In this document: positions 50,449 through 60,755 of the stretch, piece by piece
Numbering within the stretch: the stretch's first letter is position 1
How the letters are laid out: each line of letters begins with the position of its first letter
Translations under genes and position numbers: made by a program
Assembly (NCBI GenBank): GCA_965200705.1
Contig: OZ241376.1
Location: 3,691,810 to 3,755,809 of the forward strand
Direction of reading: 5' to 3'
Length of the DNA: 64,000 nucleotides
Source of the DNA: Bryobacterales bacterium
Lineage (GTDB): Bacteria > Acidobacteriota > Terriglobia > Bryobacterales > UBA6623
Notes under the pieces: model-generated
The model's input: the letters and a program-made list of their open reading frames with translations, nothing else
What the model was told of the DNA's origin: nothing
Databases searched by the model: none

Positions 50449-51786
50449 ATGACATCGACACAAGACCAAGTCCAGACCGCAGTTCAAACGCCGGGCCTAG
50501 GGACCGCCAGATCCACAGGGCAACTGACGCGCCGGCACTTGGTCGTGTCGGCTCCGCTGTTCATTCCGGCTACTGCCTTAGGGCTTGCCGGGGCAGTCCC
50601 CCCCAGCGACCGCATCAACGTGGCGGGCCTGGGAATAGGTGGTCGCGGCGAGCGTGACCTCGAATCCTTCCTGGCCCACGACGACGTGCAGTTCCGTGCC
50701 ATCTGCGACGCGCGGAACGAGCGGCGCGAGGAGATCAAGTCCAAGGTCGACAAGCATCACGGCAACTCCGACTGCACGATGTACGACGACATGTACGACC
50801 TCTGGGCGCGGGACGACATCGACGCTGTCCTGATCGCTACCGGCGACCGGTGGCACACCCTTCTGTCGATTCTCACGGCCAAGTCTGGCAAGGACGTCTA
50901 CTGCGAGAAGCCGTGCTCAATGACGATCGCGGAAAGCCGCATGCTTGCCGACACGTACCACCGGCTCGGCAGGGTCTATCAAGCTGGCACGCAGCGACGC
51001 AATGGGACCAACTTTGAGTACTGCATCAATCTTGCCCGGGACGGGTTGCTCGGCGAGATCCGCGCCCTGCATGCCAATGCGGCCCCCGGAGACCGCTACA
51101 CACCGCTGACCACCCACGATTGGCTGCCGGCTGAGCCGCAGCCACCCAAAAGCGTCGTCGACTGGGATCGCTGGCTTGGGCCAGCGCCGTGGCGGCCATA
51201 CAACTCGCTCTACGTAAAGAGCCGCTGGCGGGGATTCTTCGATTTCCATGGTGGCGGCATCCTCGAGTGGGGCTCGCACACGCTCGACCTCTGCCATGCC
51301 GCGGCGGGTCTCGACGAGACGGCTCCCACGCACTACAGGCCCGTGCGACCGGAAGGTCCGACCCCGTATGGAGTGGAATGCAAGTATGCGAATGGCATCG
51401 AGCTCGTGCTGCGCGACACGGGTTGGGATGGACTGGGCTCGTGCGCGGTGCGGTTCGAAGGCGACGACGGCTGGGTGCAGACCGGTGACGCGGGAATCGT
51501 GGAAGCCTCGGACAGCCTGAGCCAGTACCGCAAGAAGTTCGAGGATGCGCGTGAGGCCACGACACGGCATGTGCGCGACTTCTTGAACTGCGTGAAGTCG
51601 CGCAAGGACACGCGCGCCAACGCGCTGGCGGCGTGCCAGACGCACGTCGCGTGCCACGCGGCCTACATCGCCTACCAGGTCGGCGAGGAGTTGGAATTCG
51701 ATCCGGCAACGGACACCTTCATCGGCAACGACGAGGCGAACCGGATGCGCTCGCGGGCCATGCGCGAGCCTTGGCGGCTCACGTGA
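50449..51786 (+). CDS. Gfo/Idh/MocA-family oxidoreductase, Tat-like leader
   Basis: TRRHLVV leader, RINVAGLGIGGRG, DIDAVLIATGDRWH, DVYCEKP, YQAGTQRR, DWDRWLGPAP. Confidence 0.93.
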   Translation: MTSTQDQVQTAVQTPGLGTARSTGQLTRRHLVVSAPLFIPATALGLAGAVPPSDRINVAGLGIGGRGERDLESFLAHDDVQFRAICDARNERREEIKSKVDKHHGNSDCTMYDDMYDLWARDDIDAVLIATGDRWHTLLSILTAKSGKDVYCEKPCSMTIAESRMLADTYHRLGRVYQAGTQRRNGTNFEYCINLARDGLLGEIRALHANAAPGDRYTPLTTHDWLPAEPQPPKSVVDWDRWLGPAPWRPYNSLYVKSRWRGFFDFHGGGILEWGSHTLDLCHAAAGLDETAPTHYRPVRPEGPTPYGVECKYANGIELVLRDTGWDGLGSCAVRFEGDDGWVQTGDAGIVEASDSLSQYRKKFEDAREATTRHVRDFLNCVKSRKDTRANALAACQTHVACHAAYIAYQVGEELEFDPATDTFIGNDEANRMRSRAMREPWRLT

Positions 51787-51800
51787 GAGGGGAGGACACC

Positions 51801-52319
51801 ATGCTGAGACGAACGCTCGTAACGATCGGAGTCCTGGCTCTGGCGGTGGGACGCCGCCTGCGCGGCCAGTCGCGTGGCGAGCTCCAGCGAATGACCGACG
51901 AACAGCTGGCTACTACTCCCCACAAGTCGGCAAAGATCATGAAGATGGGTTCCGACGAGCTCGCCAGGCTCCTGAAGGATCCCGATGCAAGTGATTTCGT
52001 CAAGGCCAAGGCGTGCCAGCGGCTGGCGGTCGTGGGCAACGAGGGTGCCGTGCCAGCGATTGCGGCGCTGCTCTCCGAGTCGACGCTGGCGCACTATGCG
52101 CGAACTGCCTTGGAACCCATGCCGGGGAAGGCAGCTGATGACGTCCTGCGGGAGGCACTCGACACCCTCGAGGGCGATCTGTTGGTTGGTGTCATCAACT
52201 CGGTGGCCTGGAGACGCGACCCGGAGGCGCTGGGTGCGCTGGCCACACTCCGCCGTAGCGACGATGCCGCTGTTTCGAACGCAGCCACGGGTGCAATCTC
52301 GAGGATTCGTCGACCCTAA
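51801..52319 (+). CDS. HEAT-repeat protein
   Basis: GGAGG RBS; KAKACQRLAVVG...AVPAIAALL, YARTALE, GVINSVA.RRD. Confidence 0.82.
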   Translation: MLRRTLVTIGVLALAVGRRLRGQSRGELQRMTDEQLATTPHKSAKIMKMGSDELARLLKDPDASDFVKAKACQRLAVVGNEGAVPAIAALLSESTLAHYARTALEPMPGKAADDVLREALDTLEGDLLVGVINSVAWRRDPEALGALATLRRSDDAAVSNAATGAISRIRRP

Positions 52320-52344
52320 CCCTGGATCCGGTTGCGGACCGGAC

Positions 52345-53055
52345 CTAGTCGCCCTGCAAGGCTTTGCGGATGGCCTTGGCGGAGTTCGCTGCCAGCTTGG
52401 CGGACGACTCCGGGGAGAAGTGGACGTTGTCCGGCCGAACGTGGGGGATGCCGGCGCTGGCGATGAACGCGTTCATGTCGTCGACCTCGATGTCGTGGCG
52501 CTGCATCACTCGTGACGCTGCTTGGTTGTACTTGGGCAAGTCAGCCGGGATGCGGCCCCCGGCCCCCTGCGGAACTGGAGTCGTAGGTCGCCACATCAAG
52601 TGGGCGCCAGTTTCCTTGAGGCGGGTCACGAGCTTGTCTAGATTGGCCTCGTAGTCTTCGAGGGTGCTGACCTGCTTGCCGATTGGCGACAGAGCCAGCT
52701 TGCCCTTGTCGTCGACGTACTTGAGGTCGTGTAGACCCCAGTTGAAGTGGATTAGGTCCCACCTGCCGTCGCCCAGCCACTGGTCGATCTGCTCTAGGCC
52801 CTTCCATGTGTGGGTGCAGTTCGTGGGCGGGCGATGGACGTTTGCAACTCCCTTTAGGGCTGCCCGTAGTGGAAGCGTGTAGCCGATCGAAATGGAATCG
52901 CCGATGACGAGCACTCGTGGGAGGCTCGGATCGTCTGTGATCGGCGCAAACACTGGCCGCTGCTGGGCTTGGGGAGCCGCTGGCGGCACAGCCGCCAGCC
53001 ATAGCAGCGCTATACCGAGGAAGGGCAAGGTGGTTCGGTGCAGGTGGGAGTTCAT
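52345..53055 (-). CDS. SGNH/GDSL hydrolase family protein, exported
   Basis: LVIGDSISIGY (block I), HFNWGLHD, DNVHF (block V), signal peptide. Confidence 0.9.
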   Translation of the reverse strand: MNSHLHRTTLPFLGIALLWLAAVPPAAPQAQQRPVFAPITDDPSLPRVLVIGDSISIGYTLPLRAALKGVANVHRPPTNCTHTWKGLEQIDQWLGDGRWDLIHFNWGLHDLKYVDDKGKLALSPIGKQVSTLEDYEANLDKLVTRLKETGAHLMWRPTTPVPQGAGGRIPADLPKYNQAASRVMQRHDIEVDDMNAFIASAGIPHVRPDNVHFSPESSAKLAANSAKAIRKALQGD

Positions 53056-53370
53056 GACGGTCTGATTGGACTGGACTGCGTTGAGATCATACGCCCCGCG
53101 ACGACTGAATCGAAACACCGAAGAGACTTGATGGATCGACGACGGCTGATGCTTGCACGCAGCGTATGGCCACGTCAGCCCTCCCGATCTCCGCGTCCCA
53201 AGGTGAGACGGTGGGCCTCCCGGACTGGCTTTGGAGTCGCGGGCCCGTGCCTTATACTCAGCCCGTAATCGCTACGCCAGCCACTTCCCATTGTTTTCCG
53301 GAGCGGCGGGTAGGTTAAGGATCCGCCTACCTCACGCTTGGTCTAGCCTTCTAGAACTGGTCTGCATCCA

Positions 53371-55577
53371 ATGAGTTCTCCGCAGGAGTCCGATTCCGCG
53401 GCATTAACTGGGCAGGATACGGAATCGGCTGGTAACGGTCGGTTCCGCAGGATCTGCTTCCGAGTGGTCTTGGTAGTCCTGGTCGTGGCGGCGGCCGCCT
53501 TTCCAGCGGACACCGGGACTGAATCGGACCAGCCGCGAAGCCTGCTTGACGACTGCCAGCCCAGACAGGGCCCTAGCCCATGTTTGCCACCCCATTTAAC
53601 AAGTCCTTTGCAATGAGCACATTGCGATCGCGGAATCAGGCGTGTGGCACTGCATTCCGTGCATTTTCCTTCGTCGCCTGGGCTGGACGACCAGCTTGCG
53701 GACGCCACTAGGCGAGGCGTCCACGCCCAGCCGCTCGTGGATCGCCCGCTGCCACCCGCTGCCGACCCTCCAGGCGACGGCGCAGCGTCGTCCAGCTGGC
53801 CGTCTCCCCGCCTGCCCGCAGGCGCTGCCGGACCACCTGCACCAGCTGGCAGGCGAGCACCGACAGGCACGGGTGGCCCTCGCTGCGCCCGGGCTTGTGG
53901 TGGTGGATGGGGCGCAGTCCCAGTTCGCTCCCGAGGGAGCGGAAGACGGCCTCCAGGTCGGTCAGCCAGCACCAGGCCCAGCGTGAGCGGCGGACAGTCG
54001 TGGTGCTTCTCCTTGGAATGGCCGCGGCGGGCCAGCGGCTGCCGGTCCGCCGCGCCCTGCGGACCGGACAGGCCCAGCGGCTCGAGCAGGGGCGGACCAG
54101 GTCCAGGCAGCCGACGTCGACCCGCGGCAGGGCGGCCGCCGGGCCCACGGGGGAGACGCCGACCTGCACCAGCTGGGCGGCGCTGCGCTGGGCCTCGTCC
54201 TCGACCGCTAGGGAGCAGGCCTCGAGATCGAGGCACCGCTGGGGAGCGAGGATCTGCTCGACACGGGCGCACAGCGCCGGCCCGTCCCCGCACGGCAGGG
54301 CGAAGTGGCGGCCGAGGTTGCGCAGGGTGCGCTGGCGCACCCTGGAGCCGCAGCGGACGGAGCGGACGAGGCGCTGGGTGAAGTGGGGATCCTGGCCCCT
54401 GGCACGGGGACGGGTGGGGGTCTGGCGGACGAACAGGCTCCGATGGGAGCAGGCCCTGGGGCGGGAGTCAGGAAATTGCAAGCTGCCATGGCATTGCATT
54501 GGGGGTTTCAGGGAGGCCGGCCATTGAAAACCAACGACTTGCGGCGCAAAACACGCCGAATTCGGCCAAAATCGCTACTCGCCTGGTGAACTTGGGCTAG
54601 CAGGCCTCAGCCACTGGTGGACTGGCTTGAGCAACTGCCCGGTGTCCAGGTCGAGCCGGTACCTGAGGAGGAGCGTCGCGCAGTGCGGGACGGCGGCCGA
54701 GGCTTCGTCGTTGTCATTCCGGAGAATCTTGCAGAGCGGTTCGATCGGTCCAAGACTGTGCGGGTCGAGATCGTCTTCGACGGCCGGGAATCGAGTGCCG
54801 AACGCACGGCGCGACGGGCCGGACAGCTCATCCGGGACTATGGCCGAATGACTGTCTCGCAGCGGCTGATCTTGCGAGGTGTGAGTCCAGAAGTCATTCA
54901 GCCATTGCAGGTGAGGACGGTAGACGTCTCCAAGGACCAGGAGCGCATGGCTAGGTTTCTAATGTTCACGCCGCTGCTGCTGATCATGACCGTGTTCATC
55001 GGTGGACTGCCGATCGCGATCGACTCCACGGCTGGCGAACGAGAGCGGAAGACGCTGGAGGGTCTGCTGGCGAAGCCGGTGCCGCGCCTGGCCGTCGTGG
55101 AGGGGAAGTGGCTGGCATCGGCCACATTCTCCGCGGCCAGCCTCTTGCTCACCTGCGCACTGCTGCTAGTGGCTGTGGAGATCGCCCCGTTGGAGCGTCT
55201 GCGCGTTCGGCTCGAATTCGGGGTGCGATGATCGTGGCGGCCGTGTTGCCCTTGGTGCCGCTTGTTTCAGCTCTGCAGAGGATGGTCTCGACGATGCCCG
55301 GTCCTACAAGGAAGCCCAGTCCTATGCCTCGTTCCTGATCATGGTGCCGATGATTCCGTTGATCACCGTGACCGATCCGGCCGCCGAGCAGGCGGCGTGG
55401 AAGGCACTTGTGCTGGTGCTCGCTCAATCGGTCTTGATCCTTGATGTCGTAAAGGGTCAGTTACTCTCGGTCGGCTCGCTCACGGTCCCAGCTGTCGTGG
55501 CGATCTTGGGGAGCGCTGTGTTCCTGTCAATTACGGCATGGCTGTTCCAGAGTGACCGGATCGTGCTCGGACGGTGA
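53371..55577 (+). pseudogene. NatB-like ABC-2 permease, interrupted by an IS and frameshifted
   Basis: AIDSTAGERERKTLEGLL, GKWLA and RLILRGVSP in 54617..55231; further TM fragments to 55577; excising the IS puts 53371 and 54617 in one frame. Confidence 0.8.
53577..54596 (-). mobile_element. Degenerate IS1634-family element, copy B (1020 bp, large internal deletions)
   Basis: Ends CCCATGTTTGCCA and TGGTGAACTTGGG with CTAG on both sides; terminal regions homologous to copy A; RGHSKEKHHDC and TDLEAVFRSL motifs. Confidence 0.88.
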
Positions 55578-55788
55578 AGTCCCACCAGACAAAGCGCCTA
55601 CGATGGCTCCAAGTTTCCACACGCGGGCCTAGTGGAATCAGCCGAAGCGCTGGATCATCTGGATGCGGCTAGATCTCCGATGCAGCGGCCGGTCATCATT
55701 CCCGTCACGTCAGCCCTCACGCGCTGCGTGGCGTTGGGCCGGAGATGCGAGCGGAGGCGTATTCGTTGCCGTCCGTTAGACTGCATGC

Positions 55789-56871
55789 ATGGCTGCGGAG
55801 GATAGGAAGACCATCACCTCAGATCCCGAGAACAGCGAGACCCCATTCAACGCCTTCCGTAGCTGGATCACCCCCAACCCAAGCTTCTACGTTCGCAACC
55901 ACTTCGACACACCAACGGTCAATGCCGAGTCCTGGGCACTGACGGTCTCCGGCTGCTTGGAGCGGAACCTGGGGTTCTCGTGGGATGACCTCTGCGCGAT
56001 GCCATCGGAGGTGGTTGTCGCAACGATGGAGTGTGCGGGGAATGGACGCTCCTTCCTGCCCGGCAACGTGCCGGGCGTCCAGTGGGGTGTTGGTGCCGTT
56101 GGTAACGCGGAATGGTCGGGCATTCGTGTATCGACGCTGCTCGAGCGTGCCGGTCCAACCGCCGATGCACTGGAAGTAGTCTTCGAGGGAGCGGATCGCG
56201 GCACGGAGCCTGAGGCCGATGGTGATGTCCGATTCGCCCGCAGTTTGCCACTCGACCTCGCCCTGCACCCTGAAACGCTGATTGCCCTCCGCATGAACGG
56301 GGAATTGCTGACACCCGAGCACGGATTTCCGGCCCGTTTGGTCGTGCCGGGTTGGTACGGCGTCGCTTCGGTCAAGTGGCTTCAGTCCATCCGCGTGGTG
56401 GACGAGCCGTTTCAGGGCTTCTTCCAGACCACCAAGTACACCGTCAAGCGCAACAGCGCCCGTGGCGTAAAGGACGAAGTCGTCGGCATTATGCTCCCCA
56501 AATCGGAGATCATCCACCCGCGCCCCGGAGATGCCCTCGACTCCAAGGTCCAGTTGGTTGAGGGTCTCGCATGGGCTGGACCCGAGGCCGTGGCCGGAGT
56601 GGAGCTCAGCATCGATGGCGGGCAGTCGTGGCAGAGCTGCGAGGTCGTCGGGCCACGGCGCAAGTACTGCTGGACGCGCTGGCATTTCGAATGGAGGGTG
56701 CCAAAGGACGGGGACTATGTTCTGCTTTCGCGTGTAGTCTCGCTGTCGGGTGAGATCCAGCCCGTGCGGCACAACCCCATGCACGGCGGCTACCACATCA
56801 ATTTCAGTCGGCCGCTGAAGGTGACGGCATCGGCATCCAAGGGACGCAAATCCCACGTCTTTGCGATTTGA
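55789..56871 (+). CDS. Sulfite-oxidase-family molybdoenzyme (SorA/SoxC-like)
   Basis: FYVRNHF, MECAGNGR, VGNAEWSG, MNGELL.PEHGFPARLVVPGWYG..SVKWL and an Ig-like dimerisation domain; no Tat leader. Confidence 0.92.
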   Translation: MAAEDRKTITSDPENSETPFNAFRSWITPNPSFYVRNHFDTPTVNAESWALTVSGCLERNLGFSWDDLCAMPSEVVVATMECAGNGRSFLPGNVPGVQWGVGAVGNAEWSGIRVSTLLERAGPTADALEVVFEGADRGTEPEADGDVRFARSLPLDLALHPETLIALRMNGELLTPEHGFPARLVVPGWYGVASVKWLQSIRVVDEPFQGFFQTTKYTVKRNSARGVKDEVVGIMLPKSEIIHPRPGDALDSKVQLVEGLAWAGPEAVAGVELSIDGGQSWQSCEVVGPRRKYCWTRWHFEWRVPKDGDYVLLSRVVSLSGEIQPVRHNPMHGGYHINFSRPLKVTASASKGRKSHVFAI

Positions 56872-56894
56872 TGCTGGGCACCCAGTCGGGATTG

Positions 56895-56906
56895 CCCCCC
56901 CCCCCC
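56895..56906. repeat. C12 homopolymer in the intergenic region
   Basis: Twelve consecutive C, ~75 bp upstream of the CoA transferase start. Confidence 0.9.
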
Positions 56907-56980
56907 TTGGTCCGCCCTCGGAAGTTGGCCGATCGCTAACCTGTTTGGTGCCATGCCAACAGGTGCGTTGAGGGGGAACC

Positions 56981-58165
56981 GTGGTCGGAGTGCTTGAGGG
57001 AGTTCGTGTCCTGGACTTCGGGCGCTACATCGCGGGTCCGTGGTGCGCCGGACTGCTTGCCGACTTTGGTGCCGACGTCATTCGCGTGGAGAAGGTAGGG
57101 GGCGGCGAGGATCGGTTCATCTGCCAGATCAGCGATGACGGCAGCGGCGCGATGTACATGCAGGTCAATCGCAACAAGCGCTGCCTCACGCTCAATCCGA
57201 CGACTCCGGAAGGGCGCGACATCCAGCGCGAGCTGATCGCGTCAGCCGATGTCGTCGTCGCCAACATGCCCGGTAGGGCCCTCCGGAAGACGGGACTCGA
57301 CTACGAGTCCCTGAAGGCGATTCGGCCAGACATCATCCTCGTTTCCAACACCTGTTTCGGCGCGGTAGGGCCTTACAGCAGCAGACTCGGGTTCGATGGC
57401 CTCGCACAGGCGATGTGCGGCAACATGCACCTGACAGGAGAGCCCAATCAGCCGACGAAGTCGTTCGCACCGTGGGTGGACTTTGGCACGGCGGCACTTT
57501 GTGCTTTCGGGGCTGTCGTCGCCCTCTTGGCTCGCCAGCAGACCGGGCAGGGCCAGGAAGTGCAGGGCGCCTTGCTGGGGACCGCGCTGACCACATCAAG
57601 TCCCGCACTGATCGAGCAGTTCGTCAAGGCGCCAAACCGAGTTGCCACGGGCAACCGTGGCCAGTTGAACGCCCCCGCCGATGTCTTCGCTACGAAGGAC
57701 GGGCACATCATGGTGCTCGTCACGGGCAAGCCCATGTATGCGCGGTGGGTCAATCTAATCGGCGAGCAAAGATGGCTGACGGATCCACGCTTTCAGACGG
57801 ATGACGACCGTGGAGAGCATGGAGATCTGTTCAGCGAGAGGATGGCGACTTGGTGTGCCGAACGCTCGACGGAAGATGCCCTGCGCCAACTGGACGAAGC
57901 GCGGGTTCCTGCGGGTCCGGTCTACACGCCCCAGGAAGCGCTCGACGATGCCCACGTCAGGGAGGCGGGGTTCTTTCGTCCGACCGACTACCCCGGATCG
58001 CCGTCACCAGCACCGCTGATTGAGACGCCGGTCCACCTAGTGGATACTCCCGGGACTATCCGGTCCCGTGCTCCCCAGCTCGGGGAGCACACGGAGGCAA
58101 TACTCACGGAGATGGGCTACAGCCAGGACCGCATTCGCCAGTTGCGCAGCGACGGTGTAGTGTGA
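56981..58165 (+). CDS. CaiB/BaiF-family (class III) CoA transferase
   Basis: LEGVRVLDF..YIAGP, LADFGADVIRVE, NRNKR, ADVVVAN, APQLGEHT. Confidence 0.94.
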   Translation: MVGVLEGVRVLDFGRYIAGPWCAGLLADFGADVIRVEKVGGGEDRFICQISDDGSGAMYMQVNRNKRCLTLNPTTPEGRDIQRELIASADVVVANMPGRALRKTGLDYESLKAIRPDIILVSNTCFGAVGPYSSRLGFDGLAQAMCGNMHLTGEPNQPTKSFAPWVDFGTAALCAFGAVVALLARQQTGQGQEVQGALLGTALTTSSPALIEQFVKAPNRVATGNRGQLNAPADVFATKDGHIMVLVTGKPMYARWVNLIGEQRWLTDPRFQTDDDRGEHGDLFSERMATWCAERSTEDALRQLDEARVPAGPVYTPQEALDDAHVREAGFFRPTDYPGSPSPAPLIETPVHLVDTPGTIRSRAPQLGEHTEAILTEMGYSQDRIRQLRSDGVV

Positions 58166-58196
58166 TCGCCGGATTTCGCTGAACGGGACAAGAGCG

Positions 58197-59606
58197 TCAG
58201 GATCCAAGGAACCCTGCAAGTACCGTCGCGACCTCGTCCCGTGGGACCTCGCGCTGGCCAAAGCGTGCCTTCTTCCAGGCCTCGTGGTCCTTGGTGTCGC
58301 CGCCCCGCTCGCGTGCCACGCCCATCTGCTTGACCGTCACCACTCCTCGTTCGGCTTCGTTGCTGCCCAGCAAGATGGCGAACGGTATGCCCAGCCTGTC
58401 TGCACGCTTGAGTTGCTTGCCGAGACGTCCAGCACTCACGTCGATCTCGGTGCGGATGCCAGCCCGGCGCAGGTCCTGGGTCAGATTCATGCATTCGCGC
58501 GAGAGGCCGTCGTCCATCACGGTGACGAGGACCTGCGATGTTGTGCTGGCGGTGGCCACGGTCTCGAGATGCTCCTTCGCGGCAAGCAGCCGGTCGACAC
58601 CGAGGGATGCACCCACGGCGGGCAATGACTTCTTCCCGAACCTTGCGACTAGGTCGTCGTAGCGGCCCCCACCGAATACGGAGCCGAATTGGGGCGCATC
58701 GAGCAGCACTGCCTCGAATACCGGTCCCGTGTAGTAGGCGAGTCCGCGGGCGATGCTCACGTCGAGCGCTACAACGTCACTCGAGTGGCCCAATGCCTCA
58801 AGACCCTCGGAAATGCCCGCAACGACAGCGAGCTGCTCCTCGCTACCCTCGACACCCCTGAACAGGTCTGCCAGCTCTTCCAGCACCTCGGTGCGAGTCG
58901 GGGCCTCGATCCGCAGGAACTCCTCAATGGTCGCGACCTGCTCGGAGTTCAGGCCTAGGCCGGGTATTGGGTCTCCCGAGTCGTCCGTGTATCCGGTTGT
59001 CAGCTCGAGCTTTACCCTCTCCAGTCCGATCTTGTCCAGCTTGTCGAGGACACGGAAGACATCGGCAGCCCGGTGGTCCTCGACGGAGGCGCGGCGCAGC
59101 AGCAGGTTGAGGATCTGCCGACTTGAGAACCGAACGCGGAACGGGCCCGCCTCTGCGGCGGTCAGGGCGTCGCAGATGGCCGCAAGGATCTCGATGTCGG
59201 CACGGCCGCACGGAGCGCCCACTGCGTCGAGGTCGAACTGCGTGAACTGTCGGAAACGGCCCGGATCGGGCTTGTCTGCCCGCCAAACGGAAGAGACCTG
59301 GTACCGGCGGAACGGCAGCGGGATGTTGGGGTACTGGCTGATGACCCTAGAGAGCGGAACCGTCAGGTCGAAGCGCAGGCCGAGCGGCTCTTCCTCGGGG
59401 CCTTCAACGCGAAAAATAGACTGCTGCGCCTCCAGTCCAGCGGAGCCCGAGAGCACGTCTAGGTACTCGATCGCCGGGGTCTCTAGCGGCGCGAATCCAT
59501 AACTCTCGTAGACCGTCCGAACGCGGTCGATCAGCCGTTGCCTAGCCATCATGGCGGCCGGCAGAAAGTCCCGCAGGCCGCGGGAGAGCCTAGGCTTCGC
59601 GCTCAT
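58197..59606 (-). CDS. hisS: Histidine--tRNA ligase
   Basis: RGLRDFLP, LETPAIE, LRFDLTVPL.R, VWRADKP..GRFRQFTQFD, ARGLAYYTG.VFE, GGGRYD.L, GVDRL and the anticodon-binding domain. Confidence 0.96.
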   Translation of the reverse strand: MSAKPRLSRGLRDFLPAAMMARQRLIDRVRTVYESYGFAPLETPAIEYLDVLSGSAGLEAQQSIFRVEGPEEEPLGLRFDLTVPLSRVISQYPNIPLPFRRYQVSSVWRADKPDPGRFRQFTQFDLDAVGAPCGRADIEILAAICDALTAAEAGPFRVRFSSRQILNLLLRRASVEDHRAADVFRVLDKLDKIGLERVKLELTTGYTDDSGDPIPGLGLNSEQVATIEEFLRIEAPTRTEVLEELADLFRGVEGSEEQLAVVAGISEGLEALGHSSDVVALDVSIARGLAYYTGPVFEAVLLDAPQFGSVFGGGRYDDLVARFGKKSLPAVGASLGVDRLLAAKEHLETVATASTTSQVLVTVMDDGLSRECMNLTQDLRRAGIRTEIDVSAGRLGKQLKRADRLGIPFAILLGSNEAERGVVTVKQMGVARERGGDTKDHEAWKKARFGQREVPRDEVATVLAGFLGS

Positions 59607-59747
59607 GGGCCTGAGCCCAACAATATCACGTCCCAAACGCCTTCCTAGGGCCGAACGAGAGCAGGGAGCAAGGCCCCTTGGACAGGTCCGTTCCTAGCTG
59701 GAATCGCTGTAACCGCCTGCAACCGTGATACGCCTTTTCGCCGAAGG

Positions 59748-60692
59748 GTGGATAACGTGTTCCCGACCAAGACTTCCATATTCAGGAGCGCAGTGATTGC
59801 TGCGCTGAGCTGCCTTGTCCTAGCCAGCGCCGCTTGGGGCGCAGGGTTCTGGGACAAGAAGGACTTCAAGCAGTGGACCGCCAAGGAAGTGCAGCGGATG
59901 CTGGAGAACTCGCCTTGGTCCAAAAAGGTCCTCATTCCCGTCGGCCAGCCCATGCAGGCCTTTAGCGGCGGCGGTGGCGGTGGTGGCCGTCGCGGCGGCG
60001 CCGCCGGCCCCCCTGGTGGTGGCGGCGGTGGCCGAGGCGGCGGTGGAGCCCGAGGTGGCGGCGGTGGTGCTGGTATGCAGACGAGCCAACCCCCGCTTGC
60101 ACTCATCGTTCGGTTTCATGACACGCTTCCCGTGAAGCGTGCCATCATTGCGCACCATCTCAGCCAGACCGAGACCTCGGACGTGTCGCCGGAGATGGAG
60201 CAGTTCCTTGGCAACAAGGAGCCGTACTACGTCGTAGCCGTTGCGCAGCTGCCGCAGGCCATGAACCGCTTGGCTGACATGCCACCCGAGGCCCTCGCGC
60301 GAACTGCCAGGCTGCGCAGGAAGGGCAAGGACGACATGTGGCCCCAGAAGGTCGACGTCAGGGCCGAGAGTGGTACGACGCTGTACTACTACTTCTCGCG
60401 CGACGAGGAGATCACCTTGGACGACAAGGAAGTCGAGTTCGCCATGAAGTTCGAACGTCCGCAGATGGGCCAGCGGGGCCAGGGGCAAGCTGGCAGGCGT
60501 CAGGGCCAGGGCCAGCGCAGCCAGGCCGGTGGAGGCCAAGGTCAAGGAGGCCAGCGTCCGGGAGCGCAGGGCGGACAGCGTGGGGCTGGCCAGGGCGGCC
60601 GCGGCGGCGCTGCGATGGCTCTGTTTGGCAAGGACATCCGCAAGAAGTTCAAGCTCAAGGACATGGTCTATGAGGGCCAGCTAGCCCTCTAA
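59748..60692 (+). CDS. Exported hypothetical protein with two Gly/Arg/Gln-rich low-complexity inserts
   Basis: Signal peptide; globular blocks WDKKDFKQWT...SPW, YYFSR.EEITLDDKEVEF and KFKLKDMVYEGQLAL around the GGR and GQ-rich inserts. Confidence 0.85.
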   Translation: MDNVFPTKTSIFRSAVIAALSCLVLASAAWGAGFWDKKDFKQWTAKEVQRMLENSPWSKKVLIPVGQPMQAFSGGGGGGGRRGGAAGPPGGGGGGRGGGGARGGGGGAGMQTSQPPLALIVRFHDTLPVKRAIIAHHLSQTETSDVSPEMEQFLGNKEPYYVVAVAQLPQAMNRLADMPPEALARTARLRRKGKDDMWPQKVDVRAESGTTLYYYFSRDEEITLDDKEVEFAMKFERPQMGQRGQGQAGRRQGQGQRSQAGGGQGQGGQRPGAQGGQRGAGQGGRGGAAMALFGKDIRKKFKLKDMVYEGQLAL

Positions 60693-60727
60693 GCGGAACT
60701 TCTCAGCGAGTCCGGACTGGTTTGGAT

Positions 60728-60755
60728 CCGTCACACAGCTTGAGCTGTGTGACGG
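60728..60755. repeat. 13-bp perfect inverted repeat
   Basis: CCGTCACACAGCT-TG-AGCTGTGTGACGG, 35 bp after the stop of 59748..60692. Confidence 0.8.
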
